NCBI GenBank assembly: GCA_028715985.1
Contig: JAQUQR010000001.1
Location: forward strand, 125,927-189,926
Origin: Methanocellales archaeon
Lineage (GTDB): Archaea > Halobacteriota > UBA148
Reading direction: 5' to 3'
Length of the DNA stretch: 64,000 nucleotides
A program made the translations under genes and the position numbers. Below are positions 54,291 through 63,541 of this stretch, piece after piece. The notes beneath the pieces are model-generated. The model worked only from the letters and a program-made list of their open reading frames with translations. It made no database searches and was not told where the DNA came from. How positions within the stretch are numbered: the first letter of the stretch is position 1; each line of letters opens with the position of its first letter.

Positions 54291-55042
54291 CTAAACACCT
54301 CTTCTAGCTTTGATAGGGAGGACTCAGTCCAGATCGTCAGGCGACCTGCATGCGCACCAGGCGCAAGTAATTCCGCGTTTAATGCATTTACAGGGACAGC
54401 ATCCATGCCAGGTAGATTGCGCGCTGCTCGAACTATGCCCTTGTCCTCCGAAATTACAATTAGGATGCTCTTCTTTCGTTTATACTTTCTGCCCCTCATC
54501 TTGCCTTTGCCCGCTCTAATCTTTTTATTTTTTGCCCTAAGAACATCCTCCCACAGATTAATGGTTTGTAAAAATTCTTTCATCTCAGACGCTTTGGTCA
54601 ACCCCTCCAGAGAATCCTCGATGACTATCGGCAGTTCAGAATCAAACTTGTGCCCCCTACTCTTGACTACATGGGGGTTAGCAGTAGCAGCTATCGCAGA
54701 CCTGATGGCTTTTCTTCGCTCTTTTTTGTTTATCTTTTCAGAAAGATTCTTCTGAACCTTAGGGGGGTGAGCTCTTCTTCCGCCCACAGCGAAAGGAACT
54801 ATGGCAACTCTATTGCCATCCTTGATTCTTGGTGCCCTGGCGACGCCTCTGCCAACGCCCCATCCCTCAGCCGATGTCCTCATGCCGGCATATATGTCAG
54901 GGCCATAAGGCTGCAACCGGTTGGCCTGTGCTGCAATGACCGCCCTTTTGATGAGATCGGGCCTATACGCCTCATCAAAGATTTTTGGCAGTTCTATCTT
55001 GCCTTTGACATTTCCTGTTATGTCTATGACTTGTGCTTTCAT
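54287..55042 (-). CDS. rpl4: 50S ribosomal protein L4.
   Basis: L4/L1e family protein. Confidence 0.85.
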   Translation of the reverse strand: MKAQVIDITGNVKGKIELPKIFDEAYRPDLIKRAVIAAQANRLQPYGPDIYAGMRTSAEGWGVGRGVARAPRIKDGNRVAIVPFAVGGRRAHPPKVQKNLSEKINKKERRKAIRSAIAATANPHVVKSRGHKFDSELPIVIEDSLEGLTKASEMKEFLQTINLWEDVLRAKNKKIRAGKGKMRGRKYKRKKSILIVISEDKGIVRAARNLPGMDAVPVNALNAELLAPGAHAGRLTIWTESSLSKLEEVFR

Positions 55043-55046
55043 TGTA

Positions 55047-56060
55047 TCATCCCTGCTTAGATTCCCTGCTCACATAACTGATTTCTGGAGCGCCCCTAGG
55101 CACCGCAGGCGGTCTGATTGCAGGACGCATGCGAATTAAACGCTTTGCTGGCCCTGGAATAGTTCCTTTGAGCATTACGAATCGGTTACCCACTATGCCG
55201 TAGTTTAAAAACCCACCTTTAGGATTTACATCTTCCGAATCAGAACCTATTCTCAGAATTTGTTTATTGAACTCGGTGCGCTGATGATAACCCGTCTGCC
55301 CTAACTGAGGCACCTGCCATCTTATTCTAGCTGGGTGCCATGGTCCAAGAGTACCAATATGTCTTTTTTTACCAGTCCTAGAATGCTTGCGTTTTTGAAC
55401 TTGAACTCCCCATCTTTTTACAGGACCTTGTGTCCCCTTTCCTTTTGTGATAGCAGCAACGTCGACCAACTCACCGTCCTTGAAGACATCTGATATATTT
55501 ATTTCCTTCCCGAGAATTTTCTTCGCATACTCAAACCTAGCGGAAATATCTCCTCCACCGATTCTGGTTTCCATTACATCTGGCTTTTTCTTTGGTATGC
55601 TGGTTATCTTGGCAGGAAGCGTGTAAGTCAGTACAAAAATGTCATCTACGATGCCTTGGGGGATTAACTCCTCCATCTTCTTCAACGCCGTAACGGTGTC
55701 ATAATTTTTTGGTGTTGGTGAAGACCTGCTGAAATCAGGGTCAAGTTCATTTGCCCATACCTCTGTTATGGACTTCGTGCCATAAGGCGTGTGATTGTAA
55801 GCCCTGATCGCTGCTATCTTCATGGAAGGCGTTTCAAGGATTGTGACTGGGATTGATATCTCCATGCCCTCTGTCGAGCTATTCGCTCTATCATCTACCA
55901 TTAGCACATGGGTCATTCCTGCCTTATAGCCAGCAAAACCTTGTATTTTTGGCTCTCCGTCTACTTTTGACCAAGATCTAAATCTAGCCACAGCTGACCT
56001 TGCCCGCTTTCTTGGGCTGAACGCTAAAGACCCTCTTCTCGGACGGTGTCTTTTTGACAT
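55047..56060 (-). CDS. rpl3: 50S ribosomal protein L3.
   Basis: L3 family protein. Confidence 0.9.
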   Translation of the reverse strand: MSKRHRPRRGSLAFSPRKRARSAVARFRSWSKVDGEPKIQGFAGYKAGMTHVLMVDDRANSSTEGMEISIPVTILETPSMKIAAIRAYNHTPYGTKSITEVWANELDPDFSRSSPTPKNYDTVTALKKMEELIPQGIVDDIFVLTYTLPAKITSIPKKKPDVMETRIGGGDISARFEYAKKILGKEINISDVFKDGELVDVAAITKGKGTQGPVKRWGVQVQKRKHSRTGKKRHIGTLGPWHPARIRWQVPQLGQTGYHQRTEFNKQILRIGSDSEDVNPKGGFLNYGIVGNRFVMLKGTIPGPAKRLIRMRPAIRPPAVPRGAPEISYVSRESKQG

Positions 56061-56061
56061 T

Positions 56062-56886
56062 TTACCTCCTGATAATATTTAATATTGCAAGAGTTGCTAA
56101 TATTGCCTCTTCTGTTCTGACAGTATCGGTCCCTTGATTTGGGATCGTGTTTATTATGTGGTCAGCGAGATCAGATAGGAGTAAGCCCTCTTCCTCCAGG
56201 ATGGTATCAAGTCCTCTATTTGGGGAGCCAAACGCAATCGAGATTTCCCCTTTCATCGCCTCTCTCAGCTTGGACAGCATTTTTACGTCCACGACTTCGC
56301 CACATTTGGACGTCGCAATAACCTTGGACTGTGCTTTCAGCGTTTCACCTAATGTCCCTGAGATGTGGGTTTGATACCCCCAATATAGTGGGATTTGATC
56401 CTTATCTGCTAATTTAACCTGCAATGGCCTTCGCGAAAATATTTTGACGGTTACACGCTCCCCCTTCTGCAAGATTTTATCTGTGCTTAAAGGGACTGGG
56501 CTTTTTATCCCGATATCAACCCAAGCGTTTTCGCCAGGTCCAACTTTGGTTACGATTCCTTCTCGAAATTCTCCTGTCTTAGGAGTTAGCAATGGATGGT
56601 GTGGAGTTCGCAGTGGTGGGATGACACCCACATATCTTAGCTCCTCGCTCAACGGAAACAACTGCTTACGCATGTACTGTGGTGTTTCTGCATACCTAAG
56701 CACCAGGTCGATGAATTTGCTGTCGTCGTACTCCGGATCTTTGTAGATTATGATCTTGCCCACCCGGAATATCGAGGCCGATCTTGCGATTTGTCCTACC
56801 TTGTATATCTTGATTCGTGGATCCCTACTCTCAGATGTCAGAGAGGAGGGTATCAGTATTGACAGATAGCACTGCATTGCTGTCAT
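56062..56886 (-). CDS. Predicted SPOUT-superfamily RNA methyltransferase (COG2106-like).
   Basis: 274 aa in the conserved archaeal position at the head of the L3 operon. Confidence 0.6.
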   Translation of the reverse strand: MTAMQCYLSILIPSSLTSESRDPRIKIYKVGQIARSASIFRVGKIIIYKDPEYDDSKFIDLVLRYAETPQYMRKQLFPLSEELRYVGVIPPLRTPHHPLLTPKTGEFREGIVTKVGPGENAWVDIGIKSPVPLSTDKILQKGERVTVKIFSRRPLQVKLADKDQIPLYWGYQTHISGTLGETLKAQSKVIATSKCGEVVDVKMLSKLREAMKGEISIAFGSPNRGLDTILEEEGLLLSDLADHIINTIPNQGTDTVRTEEAILATLAILNIIRR

Positions 56887-56945
56887 CCATGCATTTCCGA
56901 GTATATAATGCTGTCTTTTATTTAAAGGTTTTCATAACGAAAGCT

Positions 56946-56975
56946 TTGCATATAAAATCCATCTTGCATATAAAG
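56946..56975 (-). promoter_or_regulatory. Tandem TATA-box-like elements upstream of the r-protein supercluster.
   Basis: On the minus strand, tttatatgcaa occurs twice (56946-56956 and 56965-56975), 60-90 nt upstream of the SPOUT gene ATG. A third element, tatatac, lies at about 56900-56908. Confidence 0.5.
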
Positions 56976-57012
56976 TCTAAATTGATGGTACCGTTAAATC
57001 GTTAAGTCAATC

Positions 57013-57444
57013 TTACTTAAGCCTTCTAAGAATCCATTTGCCATTCTTATATTGATATGGCTCAGACCAATTATCAGCGTACGCTTTTTTTAAATCTGCT
57101 TCACTATCAACCATTAGCGTTTCATAATCTGGGGGCGATACTGCAATACTTAAATTCGAAACATCATTTTCACTTGCCTCAGAAATAACCGTCGCAACGT
57201 CTTTCGCCCAAACATCATATGGTTTAGTTATGCCTTTAGAATCTTTCATAAGAACTATCCAATTGTTTTCTATGCCTTTTTTTCCTGCAATTTCAAGTTC
57301 AACAGGAATTGTTTTTAAAATTGCATCAAGTCCTAAAACTTGCGTACCAGGAAGATTTACAGCCAACATTTTAATATTGCCAAAAGTAATCTTAATCGCT
57401 CTATTTTTAGCCAAAACTTCGTAAGAGGTCTCTTCATCAGGCAT
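57013..57444 (-). CDS. Hypothetical protein of 143 aa.
   Basis: Intact ORF with no recognisable motif. Confidence 0.4.
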   Translation of the reverse strand: MPDEETSYEVLAKNRAIKITFGNIKMLAVNLPGTQVLGLDAILKTIPVELEIAGKKGIENNWIVLMKDSKGITKPYDVWAKDVATVISEASENDVSNLSIAVSPPDYETLMVDSEADLKKAYADNWSEPYQYKNGKWILRRLK

Positions 57445-57542
57445 GTTTAACCTTTTTAGTTTTTCTTTTTAATGCAGATTTTTCTATTCTAATAGAGAAT
57501 AGAGAGATTACTATATAAATTAAATGAAGAGCAGGACTTCGC

Positions 57543-57575
57543 TCCTAAAGTCAGACAATTTTGGCACTTTAGGAG
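57543..57575. repeat. Perfect 10-bp palindrome CTCCTAAAGT-N13-ACTTTAGGAG, placed 3' of nrdD and 5' of the 57444 gene.
   Basis: Inverted repeat read directly from the sequence. It shares the CCTAAAGT core with the element at 62785-62864. Confidence 0.6.
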
Positions 57576-57581
57576 GAAGGC

Positions 57582-59372
57582 TCATAACGAATACCTATGT
57601 CGACTTCTATATTCCTCTTGCTTGCCGGGGTTCCACTGGGCTGTGCGCCCGAAGTATCCCGTAACTCTGGATATGTGTGTCACTATACTCCCACCACATG
57701 TTTGGCAACGCTCTTTTTTGCCTCTGGACACGTGGTTATTCTCACACACGCTGAAATCCGGCGAGAAACAGAAATAAGCTAACTTTGTTTCTGATAATTT
57801 TTTGACGATCTCATTTAGGCCAGTTGGATCTGGATGACTTTCACCCATCCAAATATGGCACATGGTTCCACCAGTAAAATATGGGTGAAACTCCGCCTCT
57901 ATGGATACCTTGTCAATTAGAGAGACGTCTGAAGAATAGGGGACATGTGTGCTGTTAGTGTAATACGCTCCATCGCCAGTCCCTTGGACGTTTGCCTTGG
58001 GAAACTTGGACCTATCGATCATAGCAAGTCGATGCGCAGCCGATTCGGCAGGCGTTTGCTCAAAGGTATATGTCACGCCATCTTTTTCAGAATAGTTTTT
58101 GATCTGCTCATGCATGTGTTTAATCATCCTCAGCCCAAACTTGTAGCCATCCTTTGATATGATGGGCTCATGGATCAGATTCAGCAGACATTCATTCAGC
58201 CCGACCATCCCAAATGTCAGTCTTCTTTGCTCAAAATCATAGTACGGCTGCCCTTCTTTAGTCACCATCTTCAGCCACGGCAGGATCTGCCACTCGTCCA
58301 ATGACCTCTTTATGATCCTATTGCTCTGAATTAATCCCACTCTAGCGATCTCCATTTTATCCTCTAGTAACTCAAAAAAACCAGACTCATCCTTGCTTTC
58401 GAGGGCAATTCGCGGAAGATTCAATGTGATCACCTTGTTTGAGCCCGTACCCATCCCTCCTGCCGACCATACGCCTCCGGAGTGAGTGACGAGAAGCCTG
58501 CAACACATGGCCTGAACAAAATTTTCTTTAAGATAATCTGTTGTTAGGTTTAAAAAATAGGGTGCACCTGTGCTGGCTGTGGCCTTCATCGTAGCTGTCC
58601 ATAGCGGATCATTTCTATCCAGGTCTGAGGTGATAGCTGTGGTCACTAATGGGAAGGTAAAGGGAGCGCCATCTGCGTCTCCCTCGCTAAGCACTTCCAT
58701 TATTGCTTGGTATATCATGCGTGCCTCGTCCTCAAAGTCTGCATACGTATCCTCCAACCTATGACCAGCCCATATTGCCTTCTCCCACTCAAGGTAGGGT
58801 GGACATCTGACGCGAAGCCCAAGATTTGTAAAAGCACTTTGGGATCCAATGCGGTTAGACTGGTTCATCTGAAATATGAAGCCTTGTAAGGTCTGCTTCA
58901 CCTGCTTGTAATCCAGATGATCATGGGAAAGGTGGGGTGCAAGCAACCAATTGAAGATATCTATGGCTTGGGCTCCTGCAAAAAACTGCTGAGAATGAAA
59001 CAGGTACGCCATGGTGTGGTATACGGCTGTATCAAATTTTTTGGCTGGATGACTCCTAGCGTCTGGGAATCGTAGTCCATCTAGCAGGAATATGCGGGCA
59101 TCGTGCCCGGCACAGTATGGAACAAGAGGACTATGCAGATCGTGGATATGGATATAGCCGCCCCTGTGAGCTTGCGAAACTTGCTTGGAATAAAGCCTCT
59201 TCAATGCATATGCTTTTTTCACTTGCGAGGTCACATACAAGTCTATCAGGGATGGGCTGATCCTGGTGTTTGAGTTTTCCTTCAGCAACCAACTGCTACG
59301 CTCAAGAACGTCGTCCACCAATCCCATTAGACCTTTATCCAGTTGATCCGTCTCATCTGACATCTTGGGCAT
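57582..59372 (-). CDS. nrdD: Anaerobic ribonucleoside-triphosphate reductase (class III RNR).
   Basis: C-terminal CxxC..C zinc site and RVTGYF glycyl-radical motif, 596 aa. Confidence 0.8.
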   Translation of the reverse strand: MPKMSDETDQLDKGLMGLVDDVLERSSWLLKENSNTRISPSLIDLYVTSQVKKAYALKRLYSKQVSQAHRGGYIHIHDLHSPLVPYCAGHDARIFLLDGLRFPDARSHPAKKFDTAVYHTMAYLFHSQQFFAGAQAIDIFNWLLAPHLSHDHLDYKQVKQTLQGFIFQMNQSNRIGSQSAFTNLGLRVRCPPYLEWEKAIWAGHRLEDTYADFEDEARMIYQAIMEVLSEGDADGAPFTFPLVTTAITSDLDRNDPLWTATMKATASTGAPYFLNLTTDYLKENFVQAMCCRLLVTHSGGVWSAGGMGTGSNKVITLNLPRIALESKDESGFFELLEDKMEIARVGLIQSNRIIKRSLDEWQILPWLKMVTKEGQPYYDFEQRRLTFGMVGLNECLLNLIHEPIISKDGYKFGLRMIKHMHEQIKNYSEKDGVTYTFEQTPAESAAHRLAMIDRSKFPKANVQGTGDGAYYTNSTHVPYSSDVSLIDKVSIEAEFHPYFTGGTMCHIWMGESHPDPTGLNEIVKKLSETKLAYFCFSPDFSVCENNHVSRGKKERCQTCGGSIVTHISRVTGYFGRTAQWNPGKQEEYRSRHRYSL

Positions 59373-59448
59373 TAGTTTATATCTCTTGACCTAAACATAA
59401 ATAAAGATTGACTGCTTTAGGAGTATAGTTGAAACAAAGGCGATTAGC

Positions 59449-60894
59449 TTGAAAGAGAATTTGGAAAAGCTTGGAGATTGTCTGTGGGAATTGCCTCAGG
59501 GCACCGTTAAAGGAATGAATGTACCAGCATGGATTTTCTTATCAGATAAATTGTTAGCGCATGTCGAGGAGGGTGCAGTAGTGCAGGCTGCAAATGTTGC
59601 CTGCCTACCGGGAATATACAAGCATTCTATTGCACTGCCGGATATGCATTTCGGTTATGGTTTCCCCATAGGAGGTGTTGCCGCCTTGGATGCCCAAAGC
59701 GGGGGCCTTTCTCCAGGTGGAATTGGCTTTGACATCAACTGTGGCGTTCGCCTGCTAAGAACAGATTTAACATCTGATGCATTGAAACCGGTGATGAAGT
59801 CTTTAATAGCGGAGATATTCAATAATGTGCCCTCAGGCGTTGGCAAGGGTGGAAAGGTCAAATTTTCGACGCGAGAGATTTGCGAAGCGATTGAGATGGG
59901 CGCTGGGTGGGCAGTGGAAGAGGGCTATGGGACTGAGAGGGACCTAGAGCATTTGGAAGAAAAGGGTTGTATGGACTCAGCTAAATCAGAGAAGGCATCA
60001 TCCAAGGCTATTCAAAGGGGTGAGCCCCAGCTTGGCTCCTTGGGAGCGGGAAATCATTTTTTGGAGGTCCAGAGGGTGGATAAAATATACCAGCCGGATA
60101 TTGCAAAGGCCTTTGGCATCTCTCACGAAGATCAGGTTTGTGTGATGATTCATACTGGATCCAGGGGTTTTGGACATCAAGTTTGCACCGATTATCTTCG
60201 GATATTGGAGATGAAGTTTAGAAATGAAATATCAAAGCTACCTGATCGCGAATTGGTGTATGCCCCTGCTGGAACCAATGAATTTGATGATTATTTTGCA
60301 GCTATGAGTTGTGCAGCGAATTTTGCCTGGTGTAATCGACAGATGATAACTCACTGGGTGAGGGAAGGCATAGCTAAGGTTCTGGGCATATCACCGGACG
60401 AGCTTGATCTTAACATCATATACGACGTCGCACATAACATCGGTAAATTAGAGAAACATGTGATAGATGGCGAGCAGACCGAAGTCGTCGTGCACAGGAA
60501 GGGGGCAACTCGGTGTCTAGGTCCTGGTGCAGCAGACATACCAAAGGATTATCGCGATGTGGGCCAGCCCGTGCTGGTTCCAGGAGACATGGGCTCTGCT
60601 AGCTACGTTTTAGTAGGGACAAAACTGGCTGAAAAGGAGACCTTTTCTTCCGTCTGCCATGGAGCAGGGCGTATCATGTCGAGACATAGTGCGGTGAAAA
60701 AATTCAGGGGAGAAGACATAAAGGCGAATTTGGAAAGCAGGAACATATTCGTACGGTCCGCCAGCTTGAAGATTTTAGCAGAAGAAGCGCCCGACGTATA
60801 TAAAGACATCAATGAGGTCGTTAGGGTTTGTGAAGTAGCTGGCATAAGCAAGACGGTTGCCAAATTAGTGCCAATGGGTGTGATGAAGGGATGA
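59449..60894 (+). CDS. rtcB: RNA-splicing ligase RtcB.
   Basis: DINCG, GAGNHF, HTGSRGFGHQ, HNIG and CHGAGR metal-ligand motifs, 481 aa. Confidence 0.9.
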   Translation: MKENLEKLGDCLWELPQGTVKGMNVPAWIFLSDKLLAHVEEGAVVQAANVACLPGIYKHSIALPDMHFGYGFPIGGVAALDAQSGGLSPGGIGFDINCGVRLLRTDLTSDALKPVMKSLIAEIFNNVPSGVGKGGKVKFSTREICEAIEMGAGWAVEEGYGTERDLEHLEEKGCMDSAKSEKASSKAIQRGEPQLGSLGAGNHFLEVQRVDKIYQPDIAKAFGISHEDQVCVMIHTGSRGFGHQVCTDYLRILEMKFRNEISKLPDRELVYAPAGTNEFDDYFAAMSCAANFAWCNRQMITHWVREGIAKVLGISPDELDLNIIYDVAHNIGKLEKHVIDGEQTEVVVHRKGATRCLGPGAADIPKDYRDVGQPVLVPGDMGSASYVLVGTKLAEKETFSSVCHGAGRIMSRHSAVKKFRGEDIKANLESRNIFVRSASLKILAEEAPDVYKDINEVVRVCEVAGISKTVAKLVPMGVMKG

Positions 60895-60995
60895 TCCTTC
60901 TTTTATTTTTCAGTAGGTTTTCCTGTTTGATAGGTTTCTTTTCTAATTTTTAGTTTATAAAGTAATTTTAGATGATTGATTCCCTAAATTTTAAA

Positions 60996-61940
60996 TCAAA
61001 ACCATTTTCTCTTTTTAAAGTAAAGAACCATAGATGCACTCAACAAAATCATAATAAAAATCATTATCCAAAAACCGTATATAAAACTTGAACCTGGCAG
61101 ATTTGTAAAATTAGTTCCATAAATTCCTGAAATTACGGTTAAGGGCAAAGCAATTGTAGCAATAATACTCAATACTTTCATTACTTCATTCATGCTATTG
61201 GAAACAGCTGACATATATGCGTCAAAAGTATTGCCTACAGCTTCCCTATAATTGTCAATGGAATCTGAAACTTTTATTGAATGATCGTAAATGTCTCTGA
61301 AATAAGGAATGGCATTTTGGGGTATGAACTTGTAGTCATTTTTAGCAAGAAATGATATTTTCTCCCTCTGTGGTAATGTGATCTTTTTTATTTCTACTAT
61401 CTGCCTTTTTAACTTGAGGGTACTGCTTAACAATTCGGGTTTTGGCTTTTTTGCTATCTCTTCTTCAATGGTTTCAATTAAGTCGTCAATCTTTTCCAAT
61501 GCGGGAAAATAATTATCAACTTCATTATCCAAGAGCTTATGGAAAAGAAAAACATTTCCTTTTTCGAATAGTTCGCTTAACCTCTCTTTATCATTTTTTA
61601 ATTTATTATAGGATTCAATATCCTTTTTATGATTGGTTATTAGAAAGTTATCTCCTATTATATAATCCAATTCAACCATTTCAATGGATTCTAGGCTTGC
61701 TATTCCATAGAACACGCAAAATAAATAATGTGGAAAATCTTCAACTTTCACCCTAATATTTGAGTTAAAAAGGTCTTCAGCAGTCAATGGATGAAGCTCA
61801 AATGTTTTTTGTATTAGCTCTTTCTCTTCTTCAGAAATATCCGTAATATCGATCCATAATTGTTTATTTTTGATATTTTTTAAATCTGAAATTTTAGCTT
61901 TTTGTACACCGTTTTCATAAAAAAATATCTCTATCATCAA
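60996..61940 (-). CDS. CorA-family divalent cation transporter with a GTN motif in place of GMN.
   Basis: CorA-like cytoplasmic domain and two C-terminal TM helices, with YGTNF at the position of the canonical YGMNF. Confidence 0.65.
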   Translation of the reverse strand: MMIEIFFYENGVQKAKISDLKNIKNKQLWIDITDISEEEKELIQKTFELHPLTAEDLFNSNIRVKVEDFPHYLFCVFYGIASLESIEMVELDYIIGDNFLITNHKKDIESYNKLKNDKERLSELFEKGNVFLFHKLLDNEVDNYFPALEKIDDLIETIEEEIAKKPKPELLSSTLKLKRQIVEIKKITLPQREKISFLAKNDYKFIPQNAIPYFRDIYDHSIKVSDSIDNYREAVGNTFDAYMSAVSNSMNEVMKVLSIIATIALPLTVISGIYGTNFTNLPGSSFIYGFWIMIFIMILLSASMVLYFKKRKWF

Positions 61941-62096
61941 GTAAAGTTATTGTTTGTATATTATATATAAATCTTTTTTTATGTGAGTAGGGCTGAAGAA
62001 TCATCCAAGGAATGGCTATTTTAAAATATATTTTTGGAACGTTAAACCTTTCTTTGATTAAGGTTTTTGAGTGACCAGATCATTCATAAAAAATAG

Positions 62097-62735
62097 TTAA
62101 GATCCAATCTGGCAAGACTCAAACCATTCGACGTTTAACAGGGTCTTATGGATTTTTTTGATACGTTCCTTTGGTCCCTCTATTAAGAATGTTGAGGAAA
62201 GCTCCCCCTTTTCCTTATTTATTTCTAAAGTTATCAACTTATATTTTTTCACTCCGTTTTCTTTTAAAACTGCGATTATCTCTTTTTCGTCAATTATTTT
62301 ATTCGTACACACAACTATTTTTTGTTGGTAGGAGCCTATCCCTTTTTTAGCAAGAATTTGGTCAAATAGGATGACCACCCAGATTATCATATAGAGATTA
62401 AACCCAATCCGATACTGCCCAAGGCCAATAATGAGACCTAAAATTGCAAATAACCAAATACTGGCTGCTGTTGTGAATCCAAAAATTTTATCGGTAGTTC
62501 TTATTAATGCACCAGCACCTAAGAATCCAATACCTGTTACGATGGCTCCAAGTAAAGGAAATGGATTAGTAGAGTCTACATCCATTGCTATTATTGCTAA
62601 AGCACAAGAGCCCGCAGATACAAAAATGAAAGTGCCAAATCCGATTGGTTTATGGGACCTCTGCCTTTCTAGACCAAATATTAATGCCATTATGAAGGTG
62701 ATAGTTAGTCTTAAGATTATTATGGAAGTTTTCAT
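62097..62735 (-). CDS. mgtC: MgtC/SapB family membrane protein.
   Basis: MgtC N-terminal TM domain (LERQ motif region), 212 aa. Confidence 0.75.
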   Translation of the reverse strand: MKTSIIILRLTITFIMALIFGLERQRSHKPIGFGTFIFVSAGSCALAIIAMDVDSTNPFPLLGAIVTGIGFLGAGALIRTTDKIFGFTTAASIWLFAILGLIIGLGQYRIGFNLYMIIWVVILFDQILAKKGIGSYQQKIVVCTNKIIDEKEIIAVLKENGVKKYKLITLEINKEKGELSSTFLIEGPKERIKKIHKTLLNVEWFESCQIGS

Positions 62736-62784
62736 GGTGATTCCCCTTTCTGTAGAACTATTTAAAGTTATTTAAAAAAGGAGG

Positions 62785-62864
62785 TTTGCACCTAAAGTCG
62801 GTTTTGACCTTAAAGTCGGGAGTCTGACCCTAAAGTCGGGATTCCTCCCTACTTTAGGTGCAAA
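62785..62864. repeat. Composite repeat element: a 14-bp perfect inverted repeat (tttgcacctaaagt / actttaggtgcaaa) enclosing three tandem copies of the (g)acCyTAAAGTCGG repeat.
   Basis: Direct repeats at 62788-62801, 62806-62820 and 62826-62840, with the inverted arm at 62851-62864. The element lies in the mgtC upstream and lipoprotein upstream divergent region. Confidence 0.65.
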
Positions 62865-62935
62865 GCTCATTAAAGGAAAAGATTTATTAGCTAGATTAAT
62901 AGATAAAAAGAAGTATAAATAAGGAGAATTATTCC

Positions 62936-63277
62936 ATGGAAGAGCCCATAAAAATAGGGTGACGAAAGTTCCTCAAATCTCTTGCTATTGCCGGTGCAGT
63001 AGCAACTATGGGGATTTCTGGATGTATGTCTTCTCCAGAGACTACACCAGCCACAACACCTACACCAAGACCTGCAGCAGAGCCAACGCCGACATCAAAA
63101 ACTACAACTAAAGAATTTACAGAAACTAAACTCTGTCCAAAATGTAAGAACAACTACATGGTCCTTCAAGACAAAAACGGTGTACTGTGGTGGGTGTGTC
63201 CTGATGCTGCATACTGTGGATACACTGAAAAAGTAACTGAGCCAGAAATTTTGAGAAAGTATGGTTATACAAATTAA
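62936..63277 (+). pseudogene. Tat-signal lipoprotein with a PT-rich linker and C-terminal Zn-ribbon. It is interrupted by an in-frame TGA at the first Arg of the twin-arginine motif.
   Basis: An AAGGAG Shine-Dalgarno lies at 62921-62926 and the ATG at 62936. The frame reads MEEPIKIG-TGA(62960-62962)-RKFLKSLAIAGAVATMGISGC... Changing TGA to CGA would give RRKFLK. The downstream ORF (63008..63277) carries CPKC...CPDAAYC. Confidence 0.5.
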
Positions 63278-63392
63278 ATCACATCGATTAAAAGTTGTAA
63301 ATCACCAACATCAAGACGGCTCTTTTTATAGGATTCAGTATCTCGTTATATGTTACATTACTATAGGAACAGATTAGTTTATACCATATCTA

Positions 63393-63515
63393 ACCTCATA
63401 AACCAGAAATCCTCACCTAAAAGAGCCTTTAACCTCTTTCTTTGACCTTAACTCATGATACTCGCACTCAGGGCAAACAAACTCGTCGAGGATGAATTCC
63501 AGGTCAGCACCGCAA
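63393..63515 (-). CDS. Mini Zn-ribbon protein of 40 aa downstream of archease.
   Basis: Manual translation gives MKKECPNCGADLEFILDEFVCPECEYHELRSKKEVKGSFR. It is below the ORF-track cutoff. Confidence 0.4.
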
Positions 63516-63541
63516 TTTGGGCATTCTTTCTTCATAAGCTC

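Noticed and set aside
62960-62962. In-frame TGA in the Tat lipoprotein gene read as selenocysteine.
   Set aside because: The position corresponds to the first Arg of a twin-arginine motif, so CGA is expected. No SECIS-like structure is evident and the lineage (fae-hps, long EndA, Methanosarcinales-like) is not known to use Sec. A nonsense mutation or sequencing error is more parsimonious.
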